A stretch of DNA of 63,149 bases, the filler included, from Chrysochromulina tobinii (taxonomy: Eukaryota): NCBI GenBank assembly GCA_001275005.1. It is 8 parts of 8 records of this genome, joined end to end, with 100 filler letters (N's around TTAATTAATTAA, not from the genome) between each part and the next. Parts side by side here need not be neighbours in the genome. Positions count along the whole stretch, not along the records: positions 9,901 to 25,161 come from JWZX01000217.1; 7 more parts are not named here. One strand, 5' to 3'. The notes beneath the pieces were generated by a model. It was not told the origin of the DNA. It worked only from the letters and a program-made list of their open reading frames with translations, and searched no databases. Below are positions 10,844-23,263 of the stretch, one piece after another. The translations under genes were made by a program, and so were the position numbers. Position 1 is the first letter of the stretch. Each line of letters begins with the position of its first letter.

Positions 10844-11668
10844 ATCCCTCTCGTCCAGATCCACCTCGCGGACCGCGGCCACACTCACCGTGAAGCCCTC
10901 CCAGCGCAGTCGGGCCAGGCTCGTCAGCATCCTCCCCGTCGCCGCCGCCTCCCATGGCCGGCCCGCGTCGACGAGGACCTTGATGTTGAGATCGGTGATC
11001 TCAGCCAGCTGAGTCGGCGCGGGCTGACCCTCGCAGCGGCTGAGGCGGGAGCAGAGCACGCGCCGCGCGAGCGCCAACCACGATTGGCTCACGCCCTTGA
11101 GCTCGGCCAGCGTGCCCACGTCGAGCATGCCCAGCGCCACCTCCCTGGCATCGTATGTGACTGCCATCCCCGACAGCGAGGGCTGTGGCAGCAGCGCGGG
11201 TGGCCCCGCCGCAGAGCCCGTCGTGGCTACTGATAGCTGCCCCTCCGGCGAGAACGCCGGCTCGGCGAGTGCCGCCACACGTTCCTCCGCACTGCCAAAG
11301 TCATCCGTTGCGCCGAGCAGCTCTCTGAGCTCATCGGCACGTTTGCCGTTGAGGCGTGTGGCGAGGGCGCACTGCGCGTGATTGAGCGCCCCGGGGGCGT
11401 CGAGGAAGCTGGCGCCCTCGATGAGCCTGAAGAGCTCCGAGATCGAGCACTGCTCGAGTCTCGCCGGCATGGAGTCGGCCTCGCACATCTCCCGGAGCAC
11501 TCCCAGCTCTGCCGCCGCAATCGTCGGCACCGGGTAGACGCCATCTTCGGTTGGAGCGTCGTCCATCATGTCTTTGAGCGTGCCTGCTCGCTGGGCCACC
11601 CGGCGCGTCCACTCGACAGCCTCGCCCTCGCGCGCCCGCAAGCGCACGCGCTCCTTGCCATCAGACAT
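9901..11668 (-). CDS. SKP1-like + F-box-like + RI-type LRR (NLRC3-like) protein; 3' partial
   Basis: N-terminus VRLRAREGEAV...TLKDMMDD...LFRLIEGASFLDAPGALN...LNGKRADELRELLGATDDF (SKP1); LDVGTLAELKGVSQSWLALAR (F-box-like); repeated LxxLDLSSNxLKDEGVxAVCEAI LRRs. Confidence 0.8.
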
Positions 11669-11994
11669 GATAGCGACTTGATGCGTCGCGTTGTGTCGTG
11701 CGCGACGCAACTTGTCGACTTTTTGACACGCTATTGAAAATCCTCCGGAGGTACATTTTTGATGTACTAAAAATCGGCGGAGGATCAGTCCAGATTCTGG
11801 ATAAGCGGAACCGCCCAGGTGTAAAATTTAGCGACGCTCAAGAGGCTCGTTAGAACTCTTTAGAAAGAAACCATACCGGTCTCTAGCTAAGGCAACATGT
11901 CATCTATGCCGAACAGCCTTCCTCTGGCACAAGCGCGTTGTGTTGAGCAGCATCTTTCGTTCGGCTTCGTCGGTCGGCGACGTCACCACGCAGA

Positions 11995-14900
11995 ATGGCC
12001 GTCCCGACGCCGCCGCTGCTCGTGCCCTACCGCGCCGTTGGCCTCGTGAGCGACGGCGTGCCCTTCGCCATCGAGCAGCTCGGCACCGAGACCTTTGTGA
12101 CCACCGCCATCGGCCGTACGTTCCAGGTCTTCTCCTTGGCCAAGCTGCGCCTCGCGTTCATCGGCGCGCAGCTGCCACGTGCCGTGACCGCGCTGTGCGC
12201 GGCGGGCGAGCGCACGATCGTCGCGTGCGGCACGGATGTGCACGTCTATCGGCGTGCCGAGCGCGAGCTGCTCCTCGATGGAGAGCACACGGCGCGCGTG
12301 CGTCACCTCCTCGTGCTCGGCGAGACGCTGCTTACCGTGTGCGAGAGCGGCGTGGTGATCGTGTGGGCGCTGGCCAACGGCGAGGTGCTGCGCCGGCTGC
12401 ACGCCGGCTTCGTGCCGAGTGCACTCTCGCACCCGGCCACCTACCTCAACAAGGTGCTGCTCGGTGCACCCGATGGCCGTCTGCAGCTGCTCAACGTGCG
12501 CTCCGGACAGCGGATCTACGAGTTCAAGGGGTGGGGCGCGCCCGTGCGATGCCTCGAGCAGTCTCCGGCGCTGGACGTGGTGGGCATCGGGCACGCCGAC
12601 GGGCGCATCGTGCTGCACAATCTGCGCGCCGATGCGAGCGTCCTCACGCTCGCGCACGAGAGTGGCGATGCATGCAACGCGCTCGCCTTTCGGACCGACG
12701 GCCGGGCGCACCTTGTGTCGGCGAGCTCGCTCGGCTCGTTGCATGTCTGGGACCTCGAGAAGCGCGTGCGGCTCACGTCGATTCCGCTCGCGCACGCGGG
12801 CGGAGTGCTCTGCGCCCATTTTGTGCGTGGTACGGCGGAGCTGCTCACCCTCGGCGAGGCCGAGAATGCTCTCAAGGTGTGGCTCTTCGATCAGCCTACG
12901 GGTGGTGCGCGGCTACTGCGCTCACGCTCGGGGCACTCGGCGCCGCCCTCGCTGGTGCGCTTCCATCGGGACGCGATTTTGGCCGGAGGGGCCCCTGCTG
13001 GGCAGGCTTACCTCCTCTCGGGAGGCGCCGACCGAACGCTCCGCCAGGCGGCAATCTGGACGACGCAGCAGGACGCCGAGTTTAGTCAGAAGCGCGAGAC
13101 GAGCAAGGCAAGCATGCATGTGACGGACATGGAGGCGCGCCGGCTGCCCCCGCTCACGGGCCTCGCCTCCTCACAAGTGCGCGAAACGGAGTGGGCCAAT
13201 GTCCTCACGTGCCATCAAGGTTCGGCCGCCGCGTACACGTGGCAGACGACTCGCCGAGCCCTCGCGCCGCACACGCTCCATTTGGGTTCGGGCCGACCCG
13301 TTACATCTGTGGCCATCTCGCCCTGCGGCAACTTTGGCTACTTGGGCGGCGAGGACGGCGCGCTCGAGAAGTTCAACTTGCAGTCGGGGCAGCGGCGCGC
13401 GGCCGTAAAGATCGGATCACGCCACCGCGGCGCTGTGCGTGGGCTCGCGACGGAGGCCCTCTCCAAGTGCGTCAGTGCATGCTGAGTGCCTCCCTCATTG
13501 CATGCTGAGTGCCTCCCTCATTGCATGCTGAGGGCCTCCCTCATCGCATGCTGAGTGCCTAAGGCACTCTCCCTCCAAGTGCTTCACCTTGATCGCCATC
13601 TGATGGCCATCTTGATGCCTCTCTGAGTGCCCTCTGAGTGCCCTCTGAGTGCCCTCTGAGTGCTCTCTGAGTATAGGTGCGTCTTCTCGGGCTCGTACGA
13701 CGGCACCATTTGCACGTGGCGGCCCGCCGACCTTCACTGCCTGGCGAGCCTTGATGCGGGCGCGCCGGTGGCCGCGCTGCGCCAGCATCGCGACTCCACC
13801 CTCCTCGCGGCTGCGTGCGATGACCATTGCATCCGTGTCTTCGATACACTCGTCGGGCGCGTCGTGCGCGAGCTGCGCGGCCATCGCAATACCATCACGG
13901 ATCTCGCCTGGTCCGCGGACGGCCGCTGGATCTTATCCACGTCACTCGATTCGACCATCCGCATCGTCGATGTGCCCTCCGGCGTGGCGATTGGATGGTC
14001 AGTGCCCTGCCCTTCTCCGCTGCCCTGTCCTTTGCCGCTGCCCTGTCCTTTGCCGCTGCCCTGTCCTTTCTCCGCTGCCCTGCCTTTCTCCGCTGCCCTG
14101 CCCTTCTCCGCTGCCCTGTCGTTTGCCGCTGCCCTGTCCTTTGCCGCTGCCCTGTCCTTTGCCCTCCGCCCTCCTCTGCCCCGCCCTCTGCCTGCCTCTG
14201 CCCTCTGTCTTTGTCTTGCCCTCTGCTCTGGGCCTCTCCCAGCACGCATACTAGGCCGGGCGGCTCTCCCCCCGTGAGCCGTCCGTCTTCCTTAGCCGTG
14301 CGACAGCGCCGTTGCGGGCTGCCCGCTGCCGCAAGGTGGAGGGTAGCCTGCGGCGAGGCTCAGCAAAGGGGGTGGCACCGCGTCACCATCGTGAGCGCCG
14401 CCGGGAACTGCGGGTCGCACACGCCGCATGAGGCAGCGGTCTCTGATCGGGGCCCTCTCCTCCTCCCCCTCTCTCCCCGCCACTGCTCACGTCGCTGCTC
14501 ACGTTGCATGCTCGGCCCTTTTCACGTTGCATGCTTGGCCCTTTTCACGTTGCATGCTCGGCCCTTATCTCGCAGGTATCTCGTGGCCGAGCCGCCCACC
14601 TCGATCACCGTCTCGCCCAACGGGGAGTACATCGCGACCGCGCACGCATCGACGAATGCGCTCTGCGTGTGGGCAAACCGCGCCTTCTTCTCGTCAGTGC
14701 TGCTCACACCCGCCTCGGATTCGCCGACGGCGCTCGAGATGCCAGTGGCCGCTAAGGGGGGCGAGGCTGAGGAGGAGGAGAGTGAGGCGGACGATGAGGA
14801 GGGCGCTCGGGACGGCGCGCCGACGAAGGCTGTGGCCGACGACGACGAGGACGACGACGAGGACGAGGAGGACGAGGAGGACGAGGGTGCGGCAACGTCG

Positions 14901-15572
14901 GCACGGCTGCTTGAGGGCCGCGACGTGCCTCAGATGGCGACGTGCATCACGCTCTCTTCACTGCCCGCCTCGCACATGCGAACCATCCTCCATCTGGACA
15001 CGATCCAGCAGCGCAACCTGCCCAAACAGCCACCAAAGGCGCCCGAACGAGCGCCGTTTTTCTTGCCGACTACCGTCGGAGTGGAGCGCGCCTTCGCCCC
15101 GTTGCCCGGCGCGGGCGCGGCCGCCGCCGGTCGGGGCGCCGTGTCGAGCGGAGTGGGCAAGGCGGCAACCCACGTACCTAAGGACGGACCTAAGGACGGG
15201 CCTATGGACGGGTGGATCGAGGCAGCCGACGAGAATGCTGCAGATCAGGCAGCCGACGAGAACGATGAGTGGGCGGCAGCCGCGGCGGCGGCGGGTAGGG
15301 ATGAGACGACTGAGAATGAGGAAGAGCTGACCTCTGCGTCCAATGGGCTTAGTGTGAATGGGCCCTCTGTGAAGCGGCCGCGCACGTCGCGCCTGCTGAG
15401 CTCGCGGGGTCGGCCAGACCTGTCGCCACTCCAGACGCTCGTACGCGCGGCCGACGAGGCACACGACAAGGCCGCCGCCGCTGCCTCGGCCGCCGCGACC
15501 AGCAGCAAAACAAAGGGGCGCAAGTCAGGGGCAGCGGCGGCGACGGTGTCGGCGGCGGCGGACGATGCGGCA

Positions 15573-15603
<31 letters not shown>

Positions 15604-16016
15604 ACGAGGCTGTGGTGAGCCATCTGCTCCACCTCAACCCCTCGGCCCTCGACCTCGAGCTGCGCGGCCTGGGCGGGAGCGGCGGCCTGCTCACAACGGC
15701 GCTCCGCCTCGTGCCGGGACAAGGCGGGGGAGCATCCCACGGGGGAGCCTCCCAGGGAACAGAGGGGCTCTCCGAGCTCCGAGCTGTCCTCCACTGTTTT
15801 GGTCGCGCGCTCTCGACGGGTAGAGACTTCGAGCTGCTGCAGACCGTGCTTGCCGTCTTCTTACGCATGCATCAAGAGACCCTCGCTGCCGCACCGGAGC
15901 TGCTGCCTGCGCTGCGGGCACTGCACGCATCCCAGGGCAGCCGCTGGGGCACCCTGCGCGAGCAGCTTCATGGCAACTTGTGCCTGCTCTCCTTCCTGTG
16001 CCGCACCCGCACCTGA
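11995..16016 (+). CDS. WDR36: WD repeat protein 36 / U3 snoRNP protein Utp21 (exons 11995-13466, 13677-13997, 14576-16016)
   Basis: PYRAVGLVSDGVPF, HPATYLNKVLLG, LEQSPALDVVGIG, LLRSRSGHSAPP; Utp21 C-terminal HLDTIQQRNLPKQPPKAPERAPFFLPT; two GT-AG introns restore the frame. Confidence 0.93.
14003..14165 (+). repeat. 18-bp tandem repeat within WDR36 intron 2
   Basis: Repeated CCGCTGCCCTGTCCTTTG-like units. Confidence 0.85.
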
Positions 16017-16683
16017 GCGTACACGCCGGAGAGCCCGGGAGAGCTAAGAGCAGGGGCGGGAGGTATCAGGTAAGAGCTGGATTGAGGTTGATAAATTATT
16101 TTATGCTTGAGGAAATATAGCGACGTAGTCGAGTGAGTCGAGTTCGGAGTTGACAAGCTCTTGGCCACGCCACTGGCGTGGTCGGCACCCGGCCCGACGA
16201 CGGCGCGCCGAAGCGCCGCCGCAGGCGCACCGCAACGCCCGGCCGGAACGGACATCCTGCCGCAGCGTCCTAGGCTAGATCGTAGATGCCGAGGAGCTAC
16301 TCGCGAGATGCATCGACCATCGCATCGTGTACTTGTGTTGACCGAGTCATGACCGAGGGGAGCGGAGCGCCGGAGCCGTCCTCTATGAGACGGTGTGCAC
16401 TTACCTCCCCTGGAGCCTTCGTGAGAAGTTGCTGTGAGACGGTGCGGAGCCGTCCTTTGAGACGGTGAAGACACCGGGGGAGCCGGGACACACACGGGAC
16501 ACACACGGTCCGCGGTAGCTTTCCGCGATACACGATGGTGTATCGTGCGGAATCTCGATCGAGAAACGGCTTCGCCGGCCCAGGAAGCGACCACAAATTC
16601 GGGTCACGCTTCCCCCCGGAGGTTTTCTGCTGGATCTATTGGGTCACTGCGCGCTCCCCGTCCGACCAGACCCTCGACTAAAG

Positions 16684-17289
16684 TCACTGCGGGAGCATAA
16701 GGTAGCGCATGGTATCGTAATCGGCCCCTTTCTCCTTGATGGCGACTGCGGCGCCACGAACAGTGCCGAAAGAGGTGCGATCTGTCCACGCTGATTTCAT
16801 CTCGGTCTTCTTGAGCTGCTGCTTGAGGGCTTCACCTCGGTTGAAGCCGCGGTAGAGTGAGAGATGGAGCTGCTTTCGGTAGCTGTCCGTCGTTTTTAGG
16901 GGCGCGGGGTCGAGCTTTCGGACCAAATCTGCGATTGTTTGCTGTGCGGCCTCGCTCAAGCTCAAGTATAGGCCCGCACCCCATGGCTGCGGCTTGGCAA
17001 GCACGAGCTCTAGCGGGAGCATTGGCGCCGAGCTGAAGCGGATACGCTCAGCTTCGTCCTCTGTCAACTGTGCCAGAGTGACATGCCGCGTTCCATTTTT
17101 CATGAAGCAGTGCTCGTGAACCGTGGCGTCGCACGAGTTTTTGAGGAGCGTTAGGAACGACTCGTGATCTGCGTCGCCAACTGCCTCGACCATGAGAAGC
17201 AGCACATAGTCACGCTTCGCCTTGCGCTTCGTCCCGCGGGTAGCCGCCGGCTTTTCACGTGGGTCATGCGTAGAGCTGGCGTCGCCCAT
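16684..17289 (-). CDS. 2H phosphoesterase superfamily (LigT-like) protein
   Basis: Two HxT/S motifs (RHVTL, LHLSLY) about 70 aa apart; basic N-terminal stretch KRKAKR. Confidence 0.6.
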   Translation of the reverse strand: MGDASSTHDPREKPAATRGTKRKAKRDYVLLLMVEAVGDADHESFLTLLKNSCDATVHEHCFMKNGTRHVTLAQLTEDEAERIRFSSAPMLPLELVLAKPQPWGAGLYLSLSEAAQQTIADLVRKLDPAPLKTTDSYRKQLHLSLYRGFNRGEALKQQLKKTEMKSAWTDRTSFGTVRGAAVAIKEKGADYDTMRYLMLPQ

Positions 17290-17506
17290 CCTTGTCAGCT
17301 TCGTCCCACAGCACACTTTCACAAAAAGGTGTGCGGTCGCGGGAATGCATGCAACTTTGGCAGGCGCGCAGTCCCCAGACGCTGGACCGCGACAAAACTG
17401 ACTGACTGACTGGCATCGGAGACGCGTCTGGAAAAGTCAAAACGCCAGTCCTCCAACGAGGTGCCCACAATGGCGCGCGGGAGTGTTTGTGGGAGATTCT
17501 TTGGTA

Positions 17507-17791
17507 ATGCTGACGTGCGGGGGAGACGGCGCGTCGAGCAGTGGCTGCCCCAAGTACGCGACGTGCCGCCTCGTCCCCGGCTGCATCCTCGAGGAGAAGC
17601 ACATTGGCATTTGCATCTTCCCCTTCGTCGAGCGTGGCGATAGGTCACGGAAGCCTGTCCCCGTAATAGAGGCGTGCACGGCAAAGCAGCACCTGACACG
17701 CCCTCCCGCTACCAAAGCCACCACCACCGAGGACGAGGACGAGGACGAGGTCGAGGACGAGGTCGACGACGAGGACTATGACGAGGACTAT

Positions 17792-17833
<42 letters not shown>

Positions 17834-20800
17834 CCCATACTTGCTCGACAGAGCAAATCTGCGCAGAGCAAATCGACCAAGTATGATGCACAGCTGGTCG
17901 GCACGCCGATCGCCCTGCGCTGGCTCGCCGAGCCCGGGCAGCCGTGGTTTTATGGAGTGGTGGCTGCATACAAGGACGGCCGCCACCTCGTCAAGTACAC
18001 CGATGGCGACTCGCGCTGGCACATCATCAGTGATTACGAGAGGGACGGCACCGTGCGTTGGCCCGCGGGCACTACGCATAGAGGAACTCCTGATCGCATG
18101 CTCAGGATGATGGGCGGCAGGATGATGGGCGGCGCTGGCTCCTCGAGCTCCACGGGCGACGGGCGGCCCGTGCCGGTGCCCGTGGGCACGATGCCCGTGG
18201 GCACGAACGCGGCTGTGGGCGACCGGCTGGAGGCGCGAGACACGCGAGGCAAGTGGGCCGAGGCGCGCGTCCTCGAGGTACGCGAGAACACCGAGTCGGC
18301 GCTGCTCAGGGAGATCAAGGTGCACTATTCTGATGACCTCTGATGACCTCTGATGACCTCTGATGACCTCTGATTGCCTCTGATGACCTCTGATTGCCTC
18401 TGATTGCCTGCCTCATCAGGTGCACTATTCCGGGTTCAACTCGCGCTTTGACGAGTGGATCACCGTGAACGAGGGGCGGCTGCGCAATTGGCGTGGAGGC
18501 CGCGGACGAAGGAGGGCGGAGGAGTTGGCTGCGGCATTGCTGGGTATGCCTACGCCCGCGCCTAGGCTCGAGCAGCCACAACCTGGAGTGGCCGCCATAG
18601 ACCGCAAGGCTCTACTGCGCCTGCTGCCCCGCGAGCCGCCTTTGTTACGCGGCGCGAGCTCGGCCCTCAGCTCGGACAGCGGCAGCACCAAGGCGGCAGC
18701 AGCGAACAAGGTGGAGACGAACGACGAAGGAAAGCAGCGCTACCGCGGCTCCTTCACGACGCCGGAGGAGGCGGCCTTGTGCAACGCGAGGCATATTGGG
18801 GCGGAGCGAGCGGCGGCAGAGGCGGCGGAGGCGCGTGGCGAAGGGCCGCAGCCGCTTACAGCGGAAGAGGCCTGGGCGGCTGCGGCGGCCGAGGGGCTCG
18901 AGCTGGTGCCGTCGTTGAGCAATGAGACGGGCTTCAAGTGTGTGAGCAAGGATAGAGACAAGTACGTGGCGCAGCTCAGAGAGAATGGCAAGACCTGCTA
19001 CCTCGGCGCCTTCGCGACGCCGGAGGAGGCGGCCTTGTGGTACGCGAGGCATGTTGGGGCGGAGCGAGCGGCGGCAGAGGCGGCGGAGGCGAGGGGCGAA
19101 GGGCCGCAGCCGCTCACGGCGGACGAGGCCTGGGCGGCTGCGGCGGCCGAGGGGCTCGAGCTGATCACGTCGTCGGGCAATGAGACGGGCTTCAAGGGCG
19201 TGCGCAAGGATAGAGACAAGTACCGGGTGCAGATCCGGGAGGAAGGCAGAGCGATCTGCCTCGGCAGCTTCGCGACGCCGGAGGAGGCAGCCTTACACTT
19301 TGCGAGGTACCTAGGAGCGGAGCGAGCGGCGGCAGAGGCGGCGGAGGTGAAGAGCAAACAGGCACAGATCGAGCAGTCCCTCACGGCGGATGAGGTGAGG
19401 GCGATCGCAGCGGCCGAGGGGCTCGAGCTCATCCTCTCGAAGAATGAGACGGGCTTCAAGGGCGTGAGCAGGCAGACCTCTTTGAGAGGCGGGGAAACCA
19501 AATACAAGGCGGAGGTTTGGATGAATGGCAAGAATCATTGCCTTGGCATCTTCTCAACGGCAGAAGAGGGGGCTCTATGCTACGCGAGGTACGTCGGAGC
19601 CAAGCAAGCGACGGCCAAGGCGGCGAATACGAGTATATACGTCGGAGCCAAGCAAGCGATGGCCAAGGCGACGGCGACGGCTCGCTCGGTCCCTTCCTCA
19701 GATGAGGCGGCAGCTTCAGCGGCAGTGAAGAGGGAAACGCTTAGCGACGAGGCGGGTGCAGGCTCGTCGTCTGCCTCCGTGAAGTCCAACGTGGCGCGCA
19801 CCTCGTGCAGTGAGCCTGGGCCCTTCAAGCGGCAGCGGCCGAGCGGTGCCGAAGCTCTCGAGGAGAGATCCAATCTCGGGGCGAGGTCCGATCTCCCCGA
19901 GCGATCGAGATCCAATCTCGGGGCGAGGTCCGATGTCCCCGAGCGATCGGAGCTCGAGGCAGCGGCGCTTCTCGAGACCGCCCTGGCGCGCGTGGCAGCC
20001 TCCACGAAGGCCGCGGAGGTGGCGAGGGCACAGGCGGCGGCGGCGACCACCGCTGCAGAAGCGGCAGCAGCAGCCTTGGCTGCAAAGGAGCAGGAGACGG
20101 AGGCTACTTTGGCCGCAAAGGAAGCTGAGAGCGCAGCCCTGCGCCTCAAGGCAGCCCTCAAGGAGCAGGAGGCGGCGGCAGCCTTGGCTGCAAAGGAGGC
20201 GGAGAGTGAAGCCCTGCGCCAACTCGCGGCCGAAAAGGCGCAGGAGGCGGCGGCAGCCTTGGCTGCAAAGGAGGAGGAGAGCGCGGCTCTGCGCCACCAG
20301 CTGAGTGTCCTCTCTAACGGCATTGCCGCGAGCCACGGCCGCCACGGTAGCTACGGTGCCGGCAGCAGCGCGGACGGAGCCTCCGAGGTCACCGAAGCCG
20401 CCGCGCGTCTCGAAGATTGGAAATGGACGGCGAGCGGCGCGCTCATTGGAGCGGTGTACGGCCGAAAGGGCTACAAGGACGGCGAGGTGATGACGACGAG
20501 TGTAGTGCCGCCGTGTGGCCGCTACGAAGGGCATGTGACGACCTCGACGGGCACCACGTACCTTTTAGGTCAGCCGGCCGCCGCTGAAGGCGAGGCGGCC
20601 GGTCGACTGGCGAGTGTTGCCACCCGAACGGGCGCCAAACGGAAAAAGATGGACTTGCCTAATATGGAGCATTGGGAGGGGCAGATCCTTGCCTCGTGCC
20701 GCCAAAAACCAGGGGACGAGCCCTCACACGTGACTGGGCGTGACAGCCCGGATTCGTTGCCTTCGGATGCGCAAGGAGCCTGTGCCCAAGGTATCCTGGC

Positions 20801-21008
20801 CCGGCTGCAATGTGCCATCTGCCTGCAGACGCTCAATAACCCGCACTCGCTGCCATGTACGCACACCTTCTGTTACGACTGCATCAACCAGTGGGCCCGG
20901 CAAGCACAGTCCACGCACTGCCCACTGTGCAAGCAGCCCTTTTTCCGGCGGAGCATCGTTCGCAACCATACGATTGCAGAGATCATCGCGGCTGCGTCCT
21001 TTGCGTAG
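17507..21008 (+). CDS. Tudor + chromo-barrel + AP2-repeat + RING finger protein (exons 17507-18319, 18420-21008)
   Basis: Tudor WFYGVVAAYKDGRHLVKYTDGD; chromo-barrel KWAEARVLEV...IKVHYSGFNSRFDEWI rebuilt across the intron; three full and one partial AP2-like repeats (ETGFKGV...LGxFATPEEAALxYAR); C3HC4 RING CAIC...CTHTFCYDC...CPLC. Confidence 0.85.
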
Positions 21009-21865
21009 TGTAGTGGAGTACTGCGGATGATCGAACCGTTCGGCGAGTCGCATGGTCTAGTCGTTCTCGCGAAGTTCAGAGCACATGGTCCAGATATGGT
21101 CACAGGGACAAGTCGACGGAGGGCAACCTCGAGATTGACGAGGACGGTTACATCGAGATTGACGAGATTGACGAGGACGGTTACATGGACGCGTCGCAGC
21201 CGTGCTCAGTGCTCTTGCGCAGTACCTGAAGGTGCTCTGGGCGCAGACTCTGGGGTGCACGACGACGAACGGAAATCGTAGCGAGATGTACGCCGATCTG
21301 TGCAAGCTACCAGGCCTTTCAAGCTCGATGACGAGGTCATCATGTAGGAGCAAGCGTCGGTCGGCTCATGCTGTCATGCACCATGCAGCTCGTGGGGGGG
21401 GACCGCCATCGAAACGGTAGCGCGCACGTCGCGTGAGATCTGTGCGTTCTTTGAGTTTGACTGAAATTGAAAACTAAGCCAACATGACGTGAATTTCTAC
21501 CTCGGCTTCACACACATGTTCACACAGCTACATGCACAGCTACGACACTGCACACTCGACTGCACACCACCGATTCGAGACTTTTTACTTCGCCACGTTG
21601 ACGCTGTCCTGTTCGCTGTTTGGAAATTCAGTCTTCCCCTCCGTGGGGGCTGGGGTGGTTCAAAAGCGTACGTGGACACTCAGGACACCAGATGTTACAT
21701 GTTTGTGGCCTTGATCTCCCCTCGGACCGGAGTAGCGGACTATTGGCCTTGCCGAGCGGCTCCGTGGCTCCGCGCCATCTTGCAAGATTGCAATCTCGTA
21801 GCAAGATTTCAATCTCGCATCAATCGCGCCATCTCGCAAGATTGCAATCTCAGCAGGAAGCAGAA

Positions 21866-23132
21866 TCAGCCCCTGCCACCCCCACGACCGCCACCTCTCC
21901 TCCGATCGCCGCCACCTCCCCGACCCCCGACACCATCCGTCGCCGTCTCGATGGTCACAACCCGCTCGCTTGTCGCTCCACCCTCATCACCGCCGCCGCC
22001 GCCGCCGCCTCTTCCGCCGCCTCCTCCGCCTCCTCCTCCGCCTCCACCACCTCCACGTCCGTCTGCTCCGCCTCCGCTGCCTCCGCCCTTGCCGCCGCCT
22101 CGCGCCTTGCCGCCCTTGCCGCCCTTGCCGCCGCTGCCGCCGCCCCCTGCCGCCCCTGTCGTCCCTGCCGCCCCTGCCGCCCCTGTCGTCCGTGCCGTCC
22201 ATGTGCCCCTCCCCCGCCGCCGCTCCCTCACTTTCCTGCTCCATGTACCGGTACGTCTGCGGAGCGACGGGCATCTGAGCCGACACCCGGCCGCCGCGAT
22301 CGGGCACGTTGCCGATGCGCACCTTTTTGACAAAGTCGGCGCACGAAAGGGACGGCGCGCGCTGCAGCTCGAGCAGCGAGCGGTCGGCACGCAAGGCCGA
22401 CTCGACGCTAATGACCAACGGCGGCGGGAGCGCGGCGCGAGCCTTCGCCACCGCGGCCGCCATCTCGTCTGCGCGCGCCTTGGCACGCTCGGACCAACCA
22501 AAGGTTTGGATGAGCACGTCGAGGCGCTTGAGCAGCATCTCGCGCCGTGTCGCATAGTCGCGCTGTAGCCCGTCTGCCACCTGCGCCAGCACAGCGCGCT
22601 CCTCGGCGCTCAACGCCGCCGCGCTCGCTGCGCTCACCAGCGCCTCCAACGTGCTAGTCGGTTGTGCAGCAGCGACTTCCACGGGGCATACGTTGGCCGT
22701 CGCATTGGACTCGGCGGCTCCGAGGCTCTCCGCGGCCGCGCGCAGCCGCGCGAGCGTCACAAGTGGCTCCTCACCCGACGCTATCCGATCGACACGCAGA
22801 GCTGCACAGCACGCAGCCAGCGCACCTCGCAGGCGCGCGGCCCCGCCATCCGACGGCTCCGGCTGTTGAACGGCTGCCCTGCGGCCAGCGATGATGCGCC
22901 GCGCCTGCGCTTCGCCCACGAGCGTGTACACAGTTTCGACGCGCTCAGCCACCGTCGACTGAGGCAAGGATGCCGCCGACATGTCGAGCGCGTGCGCCCA
23001 ATCGTTCGCAAGCGAGGCAAATGGCGCGCCACCTTCCATGGCGATGTCTGGTAAGCTTTCGATACCCTTGCCGAGCTTCAGCGTCGGCGGTAGCGTCAGT
23101 TCGGCAAGGTACTTGGCAGCATTGGGCATCAT
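21866..23132 (-). CDS. FAM98: FAM98-family protein with Gly/RGG tail (probable 1-bp frameshift near 22145)
   Basis: DYATRREMLLKRLDVLIQTFGWSERAK and KVRIGNVPDRGGRV are FAM98 hallmarks; the Gly-rich tail continues in the adjacent frame to 21866. Confidence 0.8.
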
Positions 23133-23263
23133 TGCGGCGTGAAAACAGAAGAAAATGCCTCCCTCACAACTTCAACCTCGAAACCTCGCCCACTGTCACA
23201 CGACCCTTGCTGCGGCACCCTCGGCCAAAGTTCTCCGAAGGGAAAGTTGTGTTTCGTCACTGT

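Noticed and set aside
21770..21855. Repeated palindrome GATTGCAATC downstream of FAM98
   Set aside because: Short local duplication; no other copies or function evident in the window
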